In this document: one piece after another, positions 1 to 13,400 of the stretch
Layout: each line of letters starts with the position of its first letter
How positions within the stretch are numbered: position 1 is the stretch's first letter
NCBI GenBank assembly: GCA_043228905.1
Contig: JBHGNT010000001.1
Coordinates: 14,446,001 to 14,510,000 of the forward strand
Direction of reading: 5' to 3'
DNA: 64,000 bases
Source of the DNA: Azolla caroliniana
Taxonomy: Eukaryota > Plantae > Polypodiophyta
The notes under the pieces: generated by a model
Databases searched by the model: none
What the model was told of the DNA's origin: nothing
What the model saw: only the letters and a program-made list of their open reading frames with translations
Position numbers and translations under genes: made by a program

Positions 1-117
1 GCTTACTAAGGCTATATTTGTAAATAGTCCTAAGTTCATATGAGTATAAATATGACCTAGGGCAATCACATTATAGTTGAGTGTGAGTTGTCATATTGTT
101 GTATGAGTATAACTGTT

Positions 118-153
<36 letters not shown>

Positions 154-439
154 TACAGAGATATACTCTATTGTAATCGTCAGTTGGCGAAGATACAGAG
201 CTCGAGGTTGTTGCGTCCGAGTCTTTGATTGTAACTTTCTATATATAGTGATAGCTTGGAGTCTGTGGGCTCTTGTGGTTTTTTCCCATTAGGGTTTTCC
301 ACGTAAACATCCTATGTACTCTCTATTGTTCGTGTGTGTACGCACGTTCAGTCCTTACTTCCCATTTCTATGTTTGATTCTCATAGAAGTTATTCAAGAC
401 TCGGTTGTGGCCGAGCAATATTCCGCGCTATTCTCAATA
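1..439 (+). mobile_element. Partial LTR of copia family A (3' LTR or solo LTR, cut by the window edge)
   Basis: Reverse complement matches the LTRs at 1645-2156 and 6165-6676 (gaatattgctcggccacaaccgagtcttgaat; tatttgtaaatag...tagggcaatcac). No PBS follows it. Confidence 0.85.
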
Positions 440-522
440 GGTGTGACTTTTGACATTTGAGTGTTCATACACTCTCAAGGGTGTGTTCACACACTAGGCT
501 AGGTTGAGCTTGATTCTCAACA
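440..522 (-). mobile_element. 5' end of an LTR of copia family C, interrupted by the LTR at 1-439
   Basis: Reverse complement tgttgagaatcaagctcaacctagcctagtgtgtgaac aligns to the start of the LTRs at 29862 and 47696. Confidence 0.75.
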
Positions 523-890
523 CTATCTATCTATGTATCTCTCCCTGTTAGAACGACTTAGATGAGCTTTATATAGTTAAGCCCTAACTAGCTCATGTGT
601 TCACACTAGAGATACAATTGGTAGAGTAGGCCTTTTAGGCCAACAAACTCCCCCGTAAAAGGACTACTCTATATGGGTATAAAACCTGTTGGGGTTATCT
701 CCCATGTAAACCTAGATTACAATGTGAATCTAAATTACAATTTATAAATACAACTCAATCGGTTTATGGACGAATCGACAGAGGTAAAGTCTAAGTCTAG
801 CCTAATTCGGCTAGTTGTCTAGATCATGTATTGTCTAGATAGGCTTGTCCAGGTCGACCGAATCCACTAGTATTACCCGTAGGAGTGTAC

Positions 891-941
891 GGGGCATGTA
901 ATGGAATATAGAACTTTTCCTTCTCATTTCTATGTCTCATT

Positions 942-1014
<73 letters not shown>

Positions 1015-1641
1015 TGTAACCCCCCCTTCCCTCCCCCTTGGGAGTGGCTCCAACCCCCACCCCATAAACACTTGGTACACCCGAACGATCGACCCTCCCT
1101 TGAGTAGAAGTCTCTCTCTCCGTCTTTGTTCCTTTGTGTTTGTGTGTTGGTGCAGCTGAAGAAATGGTGGGTGTTCCATGAGAGGAGCTTCTTCAGTTTC
1201 CCCCACCCCACTCTCCCCTTTAGAGGAGTCTATCTCTCACTCTCCCTCTCTAGTTTGTGAGTGGACTCTTTGTATGAGAGCCAGCCTGTGATGGAGATCT
1301 CAATATCGACATTCCCTTCTTCTTTCCCGTCTGCTTCTTCTCAAAAACCCCTAGGTAGAGTGGGTAGAGCTCCATAAGGACTTCTTTAAGTTTGACACAG
1401 ACTGTGATGGAAGGTTCAACATCTAAGAGATCGGGAACTCCAAGGAGAGGATTGGAATTTTTATCTCCCTTTCTGATCCCTCATCTTTGATCTGATGAGC
1501 ATATGATGATGGCTCTGGTCACGGTGAATATAGTTTTTATAGATTTCTGTACTCTATGGGGCATGTAATGGAATATAGAACTTTTCCCTCTCATTTTTGT
1601 GTCTCATTGTCTCTCTCTCTCTCCCTCTCTCTCTCCCTCAC
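891..1641 (+). repeat. Direct repeat of about 85-120 bp (891-1013 and 1558-1641)
   Basis: ggggcatgtaatggaatatagaacttttcc...tctcattgt(ct)n occurs twice. The flank continues after the copia insertion (accccaccccataaaca at about 6684, compare 1053). Confidence 0.7.
944..1006. repeat. (CT)n microsatellite
   Basis: Direct reading. It explains the SL/ER-repeat ORFs at 901-1211. Confidence 0.95.
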
Positions 1642-1644
1642 GGG

Positions 1645-4600
1645 TTTTGAGGAATAATGCGGAATACTGCTCGGCCACAACCGAGTCTTGAATCACTTCA
1701 ATAAGAGTGCAACACAAGGATGGGAATAGACGTACACACAAAAGAGAGTGCACAGGATGTTTACGTGGAAATCCCTAAATGGGAAAAACCACGGGAGCCC
1801 ACAGACTCTGAACTATCACTATGAAGAGAAAGGGTACAATCAAAAACTTGTAGGCAGTGACCTCGAGCTCGGTTTCTTCGCCAGGTGGCGGTTACAACAG
1901 AGTATCACTCTATATGTCTCTCCCTCTCTCTCTGTCGCTCTCTCTATATTACAGTTACAACAACAATAACGACTCTATATAAAGTGATTGCCCTAAGTCA
2001 TATTTATACTTATATGAACTTAGGGCTATTTACAAATATAGCTTCAATGGGTTTACTCAGAAACATATTTACAAATATGTTTTCTACATCCGGTTCTCAC
2101 CGGGTCTTCTATGTCTGGTTCTCAAGATCCCATTCGGAGGGACCGAAATCCCAACAATCTCCCCCTTCACTCCGGCATGGGATGTTTCATCAGCCCGATC
2201 CGCGTCCAACTTGTTGAGTGTTAGCACTTTGGTCAACATGTCCGACCCGTTCTCCTTCGTGTGGATTTTTGTTAGCACGAACTCTTGATCTTCTACTCTT
2301 TCCCGGATCTAGTGGTACGTCCGTTGGATATGCTTCGTCCGAGAATGGTAGGCCGGGTTCTTTGCAAGGTGGATGGCACTTTGATTGTCGCAATAGAGCC
2401 GGTATTCCTCTTGTCAGATCCCTAGCTTACCGATGAAGTCCTTCATCCATATTATTTCCTTGCTGGCTTCCACAGCTACCATGTACTCCATTTCCGTGGT
2501 TGACACCGCAACCATCTTCTGCAGTCTCGATTGCCATGAGATAGTGCCCCCTACATAAGTCATGACATATCCATATGTCAACCGGCTAGTATCCGCATTA
2601 GTCGACATATCCGAATCCGTGAATCCGTCAAGTTGGGGATTACTGGAGCCGAACCGGAGGCACATACTCGAGGTGCCTTTCAAATACCGAAGTATCCACT
2701 TGGCCACGTTCTAGTGGTCTCTTCCGGGATTGCTCATGAAACGGCTCACCACTCCGACTACATATCCGATATCCGGCCAGGTACATACCATCGCATACAT
2801 CAAGCTCCCGACGGCAGAGGCATATGGTATCTTCATCATATCCGCCTTCTTTGCCTTTTTCATCGGGCTTTGTTTCCCGGATAGCTTGCAGTTTTCCAGA
2901 AGTGTCGATCCGACCGGTTTCACCTTCGACATGTTGAACCTTTGAAGCACCTTTGTCACGTACTTCTCCTATGACAACCACAATAGCTTCTTCGACCGGT
3001 CCCGGATGATGTGCATTCCCAATATCTGTCTCGCCGGACCTAGGTTTTTCATTGAGAAGGTTTGCTTCAGAGCCTTCTTCAGCATCTGAATCTTGCCTTA
3101 GTCTCGTCCAACGATCAACATATCATCCACATACATGAGGAGTATCAAGAAATCTCCTCCGTCGAATTTCTTCACAAACACATAGTGATCGGCCTGCGTC
3201 TTGTGGTACCCTTGGTCAGTCATGAAGGAGTCGACATTCCGGTACCATTGTCGGGGGGCTTGCTTCAGTCCGTATAGGCTCTTCTTCAGCCGGCACACCA
3301 GGTGCTCCTTCCCTTTCCTCTCAAATCCTTCCGGTTGATGCAAGTAGATCTCTTCTTCGAGGTCTCCATGTAGGAATGTCGTCTTGACATCCAGTTGCTC
3401 TACCTCGAGGTCCACGCTGGCTGTTATGCCCAATACCGTCCGGATGGATGTCATCTTTACTACCGGGGCAAAGATCTCATCGAAATTCACTCCTTTCTTC
3501 TATTGGAAACCCTTCACCACCATTCGGGCCTTATACCTTGGTGGATTTCCGGCGTCTCCCGATTCCAACTTGTACACCCACTTGTTCCAGAGTGCCCTCT
3601 TTCCTTTCGGCAACTCCACCAATTCGTATGTGTGGTTCTCATGCAGGGAATCTATCTCGTCCTGCATGGCACTCAACCACTTGTGGTTGTGGGTGTCTCC
3701 CCTTGCTTCTTAAAAGCTTTCCGGCTCCCCCTCATCGGTTAGCAACACATGCTTTGCATCCGGAAATCTCCGGGGGGCTCTTCTCTCTTGGAGAGGATAT
3801 CTCCGTCCTTGGTTTCTGACTGTTGGTTCCTCTATTTGTTCCAAATCCAAATCCGATTCAGGATCTTTTCCGGTTCCGGTGTCTTCTTCTTCTTCTTCTT
3901 CGGTCAGTTCGGTTTCCTGTCTATATCCGGCCGGTTCGTCGAGTGTCATCCGGTTACCGGCTAACATCCAGCTTTCAACCAAGTAGGTCCTTGGGTCCTC
4001 AAGCCGGTTTTCATTGGATGATCCAAAGTTGGTCATCTTCTTCTCCAACTCCCAGTCGACAATCGTCGTCGTATCCAAGGAATATGCATGGTCGGGACTT
4101 TAGATCCAGCTTTGCTCTCTTGTCCTTCGCCACATGCACGGATGCGAGACACCCGAACACCTTCAGATGCCGGTAAGATACATCTTTGCCAGTCCATACC
4201 TTCTGAGGTGAGTCTCCTCCCAAGGGTACTGAGGGTGATCTGTTTATCACATAGGTCGTCGTCGTCAACGCCTCAGCCCAAAACGTCTTGGGTAACTTGG
4301 CATGTGTGAGCATGCTCCGGACTCTCTCCATTATGGTCTGGTTCATCCTTTCAGCCAGCCCGTTTAATTCCGGTGTCTTCGGCACCGTAAATTCGAGCCG
4401 GATTCCCTTCAACCGCCAGTACTCCTCGATTTGCCCTCGGTATTCTCCCCCGTTATTTGCTCGAACCGCCTTCAACTTCCGGGCGGTTTCTCTTTCCACT
4501 CTCACGTGGAGCTCCTTGAAGACGGATAGCACCTGACTCTTTGTCTTCAACGGTGAGACCGACAGCTTCCGGTTGTGGTCGTCTATGAACGTCACGAAGT

Positions 4601-6676
4601 ACTACGATCCAGCATGTGACTTCGTGTCCACTTGACACACATCGGTATGCACCAACTCCAGTGGTGCATTCCGTCTCATTGGTGGTCTTGATCAGAAGGA
4701 GGTTCAGTTTTGCTTGCCGGCCAAGCAATCGGTGCACTTCTCAAGTTGCATGTCCTTCGCCGGAATGAGGTTGTCTTCGGCAAGCCTCTTCATCCCCTTC
4801 TCACTCATGTGACACAGTCTTTTGTGCCACAACTCACGGTAGTGTCGGAAGCAACATTCACTTCTTCTTCCCGGCATAATCGGGCGTTCATCAGGTACAA
4901 AGTGTTGACTTTCCGGGCACAAGCCACTATTAGGCTCCCCTTGTTGAACTTCATGACTCCGTTCCGGATGCTACCCGTGTAGCCTTCATCATCTAGCCGA
5001 CCGGTTGATATTAGGTTCAGTCGAACCTCCGGAACGTGTCGGACATCCTTCAACAGCAACTTGCATCCGGTTGGTGTCGTCAACCACACGTCCCCTATGC
5101 CAACAATTCGGCATGTACCTTCATTCCCCATCCGGACACAGCCGTCCTCACCGGCTGTGTAGGATGAGAAGCATTTCCGGTCCGGGGTAAGGTGGAACGA
5201 TGCTCCAGAATTGACAACCCACGTTGTCTCGTCGCCGGCAAGGTTCAACTCACTCTCCTCGGTGATGAGCATTAGTTCCTCTTCACTTGCCGCGATTGCC
5301 GTCGTTCCCTTCCGGTCTGGGCCTCGCCGATCCGAACCATTTCGGTTGGGTGACTTCTTCGAATCGGTACTGTCGGTTCCCTTTCTTTCCGAAAATGCCG
5401 ACAATTCTTCTGGAAGTGCCCCCGCTTGCCGCAATAGAAGCAAGTGGGCCTCCCCCTTGACTTTGACCGTGTCCCTGACTTTTCCCGGTTCTGGGGACTC
5501 CGATTCCTTTGTCTTCCGTGTTCCGATTCGGTAAGGAGGGCTTTGGCGTCAGAGATCACCTCCTTGTCTTTCCGACGTGCCTCCTCATCTAGCAAGCTCG
5601 ACTTGACTCTTGCTAGGGATAGTTGTTTTCCGTCCGGCCTAGCGTTGCCCAACGTGACAACTAACATCTCCCAACTATCCGGGAGGGAACCGAGCAGGAG
5701 CAATGCGAGTACCTCATCGGTGAGAGGTACTTCCAACGAGGTTGCTTGATGTATTAACCCCTGGAAGGCATTCATGTGCTCCGCCATATTGGAGCCATCT
5801 TGGTACCGGAGCCTCACTAGCTTCCGAAATACCGAAACCTGATTACCAGCATTCTTATTCTGGAACATGATGTCGATCTTCTCCCAGAGTTCATGAGCCT
5901 TGCTCTCTTCATTGAAGTTGTTGTACAGGATCATGTTGATGAAGCACCAAATGTATGATGTCGTCTTCATGTGCATCACCTCCCACACTGTGGCGTCGAT
6001 CTTATCTGGTCTCTTGTCCCCGAACTGAATCAGCAACCAAAGATCTTTGACCACCAGCATATCCCTCATCTTCGACTTCCACACTGAGTAGTTGGAGCCG
6101 GTGAGCTTGAACATGCCGCCAAACAATTCTTCCATTTTCGGTGTTGTTCCCTCTGATACCAGATTGTTGAGGAATAGCGCAGAATACTGCTCGGCCACAA
6201 CCGAGTCTTGAATCACTTCAATAAGAGTGCAACACAAGGATGGGAATAGACGTACACACAAAAAAGAGTACACAAGATGTTTACGTGGAAATCCCTAAAT
6301 GGGAAAAACCACATGAGCCCACAGACTCTGAACTATTACTATGAAGAGAAGGGGTACAATCAAAGACTTGTAGGCAACGACCTCGAGCTCAGTTTCTTCA
6401 TGAAGCGGTGGTTATAACAGAGTATCACTCTGTATCTCTCTCCCTCTCTCTCTATCGCTCTCTCTAAATTACAGTTACAACAACAATAACGACTCTATAT
6501 AAAGTGATTGCCCTAAGTCATATTTATATTTATATGAACTTAGGGCTATTTACAAATATAGCCTCAATGGGCTTACTCAGAAACATATTTACAAATATGT
6601 CTTCTACATCCAGTTCTCACTGGGTCTTCTATGTCTAGTTCTCAAGATCCCATCCGGAGGGACCGAAATCCCAACA
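1645..6676 (-). mobile_element. Full-length, decayed Ty1/copia LTR retrotransposon (family A, about 5.0 kb)
   Basis: Two 512-bp LTRs (1645-2156, 6165-6676); tRNA-iMet PBS tggtatcagag at 6161-6151; PPT at about 2157-2171; near-TSD acggg/acagg; domain order gag-PR-INT-RT-RH. Confidence 0.95.
2160..6135 (-). pseudogene. Copia gag-pol polyprotein, frameshifted and with stops
   Basis: ORF fragments: gag with CFYCGKRGH knuckle, protease WVVNSGASFH, GAG-pre-integrase LWHKRLCH, integrase PELNGLAERMN, RT LKKSLYGLKQAPRQW/YVDDML, RNase H FTDSDM. Confidence 0.92.
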
Positions 6677-6753
6677 ACAGGTAACCCCACCCCATAAACA
6701 ACTAGTTCCTCCATATCTGATCAAGGCTAATTATGGCTTTTGGCCTCTAGTTG

Positions 6754-7445
6754 TGTTGGGAGACAGGTCCCTCCGGATGGGAAGGGAGAAGAATAGTGCC
6801 GATGAACAAACTCGGCCGAGGCCGAAACCGTATGAGGAGGACCCGGCTACGGAGAGCCGGATGGTGCAGACCCGGTATGAACCGGATGAAGAGTACCCGG
6901 CTACGGAGAGCCGGATGGTGCAGACCCGGTATGAACCGGATGAAGAGTACCCGGCTACGGAGAGCCGGATGGTGCAGACCCGGTGAGAACCGGATGAAGA
7001 GACATATTCGTAAATATGTTTCTGAGAGTCCATCGAGGCTATATTTGTAAATAGCCAAAAAGTCATATTAGTATAAATATGACTTAGGGCAAACTTATAC
7101 TATTGTTGTTGTTGTCATTCTTGTTTTTTGCACGAGATTAGTGCGTGTAATAGTGTACACAGAGAGAGAGAGGTCGTTGCCTCTATTGTAACCGCCGCCT
7201 GTGGCGAAGATCGTGAGCACGAGGTCGTTGCCTCTGTGAACTCACTGTTGTACAATCTAACCTAGTGATAGTTTGCAGCCTGTGGGCTACCGTGGTTTTT
7301 CCCTAGTTTGGGGTTTTCCACGTTAAACATCCTGCGTACTTTTCTCCCCTTTTGTATCGCGTGTTTTCGTTTCCTGTTTTCTATGTATGATTCTAAGCTC
7401 GATTGTGGATGAGCGTTGTGCATAAGGAACGTTGAGTTCCCGACA
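6754..7445 (+). mobile_element. Solo LTR related to copia family A
   Basis: TG...CA ends with perfect 5-bp TSD AGTTG (6749-6753 and 7446-7450). Shares tatttgtaaatag, tagggcaa and ggttttccacgt motifs with family A LTRs. Confidence 0.9.
6841..7002 (+). repeat. 54-bp tandem repeat x3 in the U3 of the solo LTR
   Basis: acccggctacggagagccggatggtgcagacccggt(a/g)... starts at 6841, 6895 and 6949. Confidence 0.92.
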
Positions 7446-7679
7446 AGTTGTCCTTCGGCTTCCAGCTCGCACTCGCTAGATCCTCGATCGGTCTTCGGTT
7501 CCTCTTACCCCTCAATCGTATCCTCTCCAATCGACTTCCTCGCACACTATTGTGTCCTTAGCCTCTCAGCTTTCCGGCTTCTTCGACTTTGCCTTTTCGA
7601 CTCGTTCGATCGGGCTGGTCTTCAACTTACCTATTGCATCTGTTTGTTCGACTCTTTGTTGCTCGGTCGCTTGTCATAG

Positions 7680-9754
7680 TCCCATATGATCTCTTAGTGC
7701 TCCGAAGTATTGTTCTGGGAGTGGCTACGTCATACTATCAACGATATTCACCACAATATCTATCTTCCGAACTTCAAACGTTTTTCTCTGTTATGAGCTC
7801 CTGGATATGATGGTATTGCACTTCAATATGCTTTGTTTTGGCATGATAAACCATATTCCAAATGAGGTGTATTGCGCTTTGTGAGTCACAATGTAGGATC
7901 AGTGCATGATGGTCGATTCAGTTTTTTGTCAAAAGATCGGCTGATAGTCAGTGCAGCCAGATCGCTTCCTTGGCTACCTCCGAAGCGGCAATGTACTCAG
8001 CCTCCATTGTTGAGAGGGTCGTGAAGTCTTGAAGTTTCGACCTCCAAGATATGGCCCCACCGCCATAGGTGAATACGTAGGCAAACGTGGATAATTTCCG
8101 ATTATCCGGATTGTCGATATAGTTGGAATCCGTGTATCCTTTGACTTCGGTCGGGTTGTATGATCCAAATGTTAGTTGTAGATCTTTGGTTCCTTGTTGG
8201 TACCTGAAGATGTTCTGCACAACTTCCGGTGCTTCCATCCAGGATTGGACATGTACTGGCTGACGAACCCTACGACAAATGCAAGGTCGGGTCAGGTCGC
8301 CACCATTGCGTACATAATATTTCCTATGACCGATGCGTAGGGTATTCTGCTTGTGAACTCTCTCTCCTCTTCCGTCGAAGGAGAGTCTCTGTCTGATAGT
8401 TGAAACGACATCAAAAGTGGAGTTGGTGTTGGCTTCGCATTATCCATGTTTAATTGCCTCAACACCTTCTAGATGTAGTAGGACTACGAGAGATGGAGGG
8501 TCTTTGCCGTCCGATTTCACTCTATCTGCATGCCCAATATGTGTTGGGCTTGTCTGAGCTTCTTCATCGCGAACTTTTCATGAAGGCTCTGTTTCAGCTT
8601 TCTGATTCTGGCTCGATCATTGTTGGCGGTGAGCATGTCGTTGACATATAAGTTCAGATAGATCCGGGACTCGTTGGCTAGTTGTTGGATATACATACAT
8701 GGGTCAGAGTCTGATCGGCTATAATCGAGCTACCAGATGTAGGTATCAAATTTCTGATACCACATTCACAACGCTTGCTTTAGGCCATATAGGCTCTTCT
8801 TCAACTTGTAGATGAGGTGACCTTGCTCCCCCATCACCGTGAAGCCTACTGGTTGAGACATGTAAATGTGTTCGTCGAGAACTCGGTGTATGAAGGTCGT
8901 CTTGACATCAAATTGTTAAAGTCTAGGTCTTCCGTCACCATGACCCCCCAGTTGGAGCCGAAGGATGGTCATTTTGCCTACTGATGAGAAGATCTCGTTG
9001 TAGTTGACTCCATGTTCTTTCTTAAACCCTTTGGTGACGAGCTGAGCTTTGTACTTAGGTTGTTCCAAACCTGATACATGTATCGATAGACCCATTTACA
9101 TGGTAGTGGTTTACTTCCGACTAGTAGTTCAACCAGCTCTGATGTGTTATTGTCCTTGATCGAGTCCATCTCAGATCACATGGTTTCTAGCCATGTGTCG
9201 GCGTCGGGTGTGACTATAGCTTCCTTGTAGGAACTTGTTTAGCAAGCATCCGTGTAATTAACATAGTCGAGGCCCAGTTGATAAAACTCTATCGGCCTTC
9301 GGACTCGTTGGTGCCGATTTTGTTTGTTCTGATTCTTCGATTGGCATGTTCGGTCGATCAGTATTATTGGAACCATTGTCATAAGGAGTCTATTGAGATG
9401 ATCCGCTATGCCAACTGTCATGCGTCTGTGTCAGATCATCCTCTTCCTTCGGAATGATTGATTGGTGCTTTGATGCCTTAGCCGGTTCGGATCAGTAGTC
9501 TAGCATCTGGGCCATTTTGGCTTGGGTCAATTGTGTGGCCGATTCGGATTTGGTTGTAGGACCTTTTACCAGTTCAGATTCGGCAAATGGGTTGTTGGTC
9601 GGTGTGGCTTCGACAATTTTCCAAATAGCTGACTCAGATTCAATAATCGGCATGTCTACTTCTGATTCTTCTTAGAAAAGATTGAAGGTGACTCTTTTGC
9701 CAATTTTCGGCTGGGATCGCCCGAAGAAAATTAAGACTTCGTTGAAGACTACAT
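7680..9754 (-). pseudogene. Degenerate copia pol fragment (end of INT, RT, RNase H)
   Basis: ORFs GYTDSNY...GGAISWRSKLQ...STMEAEYIAA and ELVELLVGSKPLPCKWVY; DVVFNE motif ending at 9754. Confidence 0.85.
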
Positions 9755-10449
9755 TGTTATCCGTGGAACAACAAGAACAAAGTGTGAAAAGGATCGCAAA
9801 GGACAAATAGGAAAAGACCACGGGGACAAATGTGAAAGGGTCAAAAGAAGTCGAGCAAGAAAAACCGAATGTAGGAGCCGAATATCAAGGAGAAGTAGTT
9901 GGAATGTGCCAAGCTAGGAGAAAACTATATAATCGAGAATTGGCAAACGCATAGGAAAAAGATATTGAATAGGAGTCACCAGAGCAGACTAAGCCTAGAT
10001 CTAGATTAGAACCGAGCCAGTGAGTGTTACCAATTTTACTCAGTACTTGCATTTATATTGTATGCTACAATAATCGAATACATATATACTTGTGGGTCAT
10101 CTCTGTGTCTGTCTCAATTTGATCTATCTTTTCCTACACACGTTCGGTCTGTAAGACGTTAACTACCAATCGATTTTAGCCAATTCTCGAAGTGTCCATC
10201 TCAATTGTCGTAAACGATTCAACCACACTTGGGCCACTAGTCTCTTATGCACCATGATTCCTTGACCCAATTACTCAGGAGGAGTAATTGAAGGTGTTCT
10301 CCAGGTGGGAGTAAAACAACTTGGCACACCCGGTTCATGTTGTGAGGCCACAATGAACAACACATAGGAGAAACACTCAATCGCCATAACAACGGCCCCC
10401 CGAGGCACACGCACTCAGCTAACATCCCGACGTGTTGAACAAGCATACA

Positions 10450-13400
10450 ACACCATCGACTCAATTCTCACAAAGCACTCACCACCACCAGCACAGAGAT
10501 TACAACACTCCTTCGAGTGTATCAGCCACGCAGGGCTCTTGGCGTCTGCTGTTACGCACACAACTATGGCGCCACTCTCACTCACTCTCTATCTCACGCG
10601 TTCACACGCTACTTCTATTCTCCTTCTCTCTTGCGCACAACACTCACACCATTGTCCTCTTTCATCTGTTTGCCCTAGATGTATTTATACTAACACATCG
10701 TATGGACTATTTACAATTGTAGCCACTACTACATATCATTACTATTATTATTGCTATAATAATAATAATAATCTGTTTGAATAATCGATTCTCTGTTGTC
10801 GACTCTTCGACTGTGGGCTATTTCCGAAGAGTCGATTCCTTCGGCTCTTCGACTGTCGGCTACTTCCGAACAGTCGGCTCCTCCTGCCACTAGAGGGACA
10901 TATTCCCAACAAACTCCCCCCTCACTCCTATGGGAGGGAGTCAATCAATCCCGTCTTCTGTCGACAGACTCTAAGTCTGTCCATATGTAGGTTCTTCGTG
11001 AGCATGTCGGATCCATTCTCGTCAGTATGGATCTTCACAAGAGAAAGTTCTCCTTCTTCAACTCTCACCCACAACCAGTGATACCTTCTCTGTATATGCT
11101 TGGTCCGGGAGTGGTATGCAACATTCTTGGCAAGGTGTATGTCGTTTTTTCTATCACAGTGAAGCAAGAACTCCTTTTGCTTCATCCCTAATTCGTTGAG
11201 AAAATTTCTTATCCAAATTAGTTCTTTGTTGGCCTCTACCGTTGCCATATACTCTCCCTCTATAGTCGACAAGGCTACAAACTTCTGCAATCGTGACTGC
11301 CATGACACTGCTCCCCTTGCATAGGTCATCACATACCCTGATGTGGATCGGCTCGAGTCGACATCTCCCGACATGTCTGAGTCGGTAAAACCTTCCAGCA
11401 CAGGTTTTCCAACACCATACCCTAGACACACCCTTGAAGTGCCTTTTAAGTACCTGAGAATCCACTTCACTACTACCCAGTGTTCTCTTCCTCGATTACT
11501 CATATATCGGCTTATTGCTCCCACAAAAAATGTTATGTCTGGTCTTGTACAGACCATAGCATACATTAGACTGCGGACGGCCGAGGCATATGGTACTTTT
11601 GGCCTTCTCCTTCTCCCCTTTTGGGCACTACTTCGCATTCAACTTGCAATTTGTCGGCAACACCGAGCTGACCGGCTTTGCATCTGACATGTTGAACCTT
11701 TCTAGGATCTTCGTCACATACTTTTGTTGTGACAACCATAGCACCTTTTTGAGTTCTGTCTCGAACTATGTGCATTCCTAAGATCTGTTTAGCTAGTCCA
11801 AGGTCTTTCATGGCAAACGACCTGCTTAGAGCTTTCTTCAAGCTTCTGATCCCTTTTGTGTATTGTCCAACTATGAACATGTCATCAACATATAACAAGA
11901 GAATCAAGAAGTCTCCTTCTTCATACCTTTTGACGAACACACAATGATCGGCCCGTGTTTTCCGGAACCGGTGTTCCATCATGAAGGACTTGAACTTCTT
12001 GTACCATTGGTGTGGAGCTTGTTTCAGATCATAAAAACTTTTCTTCAGTCGACACACCAGGTTCTCTTTCCCTTTCTCCTCAAAGCATTCGGGTTGCTGC
12101 ATGTAGATTTCTTCTTCTAGCTCCCCGTATAAGAATGTGGTTTTGACATCCAACTGTTCAATCTCCAGATCCATACAGGCTGTTATGCTCAGAATAGTTT
12201 GAATGGATGTCATCTTCACGATTAGTGTGAATATTTCGTCAAAGTCTACGCCCTTCTTCTGTTGGAAACCCTTCACAACTATGCGGGCTTTATACCTGGG
12301 CTTATTGTCGACTTCTTCAGTCTTCACCTTGTAGACCCACTTATTCATAAGTGCTCTCTTACCTTTCGGCAGCTCTACTAGATTGTAGGTGTAGTTCTCG
12401 TGCAAGGATTCCATCTCATCTTGCATCGCACTCAGCCATTTTTCTCTGTGCTCGTCGGCAATGGCTTCTTCGTAGCACTCCAGTTCACCTTCATTAGTCA
12501 AGAGGATGTATTGAATGGCATATGTAGTCGATGCTTTCCTCTCCCTAAGTGGGTATCTCTTTCCACTCATTGTTGGCTCTCTTTCGGATGTCTCTGCCAA
12601 CTCTTCTCTCTGCTCGGGTTCCTGCACGTTAATCGGCATCTCCAAGTTGGATGACTCCAACTCATACTCTTCAAATGACCTTAGCAGCTCTGCCGACTGT
12701 GACTCATAGTCGGTCGGTCTTTTCCAGTCGACCGACTCGGATTTGGTTAAGCCGACTGGCTGTCTCCGAACAGCCGAAGTTGTCGGTTCACTTGACCTTA
12801 GATCGACGATAGTCGGGGTTGACTGGGGAGTCGTATCCGACTTTTGTTGCTTCCGGTCTTCAATTGTCTTATCTTCAAGAAAGACTACATCCCGACTTCT
12901 CACCACCTTCTTGTCGACTAGGTCCCATAGCCTATAGCCAAACTCATCTTCCGAGTATCCCATGAATATGCATGCTTTCGACTTACTGTCGAGCTTTGAC
13001 CTCTGATCCTTCGGTACATGCATATACCCCAAACATCCGAACACCCTCAAGTGTTGGTAGGAGACATCCTTCCCTGTTCACACTCTCTATGGGACATCAC
13101 CCTTTAATGGTACAGAGGGAGACCTGTTGATCAGATAAACAACTGTGTACATCGCCTCAGCCCAATAGGATTTCGGCAGTTTCGCATGAGAGAGCATGCT
13201 CCTTACCCTCTCCATGATTGTTCAATTCATCCTCTCTGCAAGACCGTTCAACTCTGGGGTCTTTGGCACTGTGTATTCGATCCGAATACCTTGGCACTTG
13301 CAGTATTCCTCGAATTGCCCTCTATACTCGCCACCGTTGTCGGTTCGAACAGCCTTCAACTTTCGACCCAACTCTCTTTCGGCTCTTGCCTAGAACTCCT

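Noticed and set aside
901-1211. SL/ER-repeat ORFs
   Set aside because: Translations of a (CT)n microsatellite.
6731-7066. ORFs with 18-aa repeats on both strands
   Set aside because: By-product of the 54-bp tandem repeat in a solo LTR.
9755-10140. Possible LTR beginning TG where the copia fragment breaks off
   Set aside because: No partner LTR, TSD, PBS or PPT could be confirmed.
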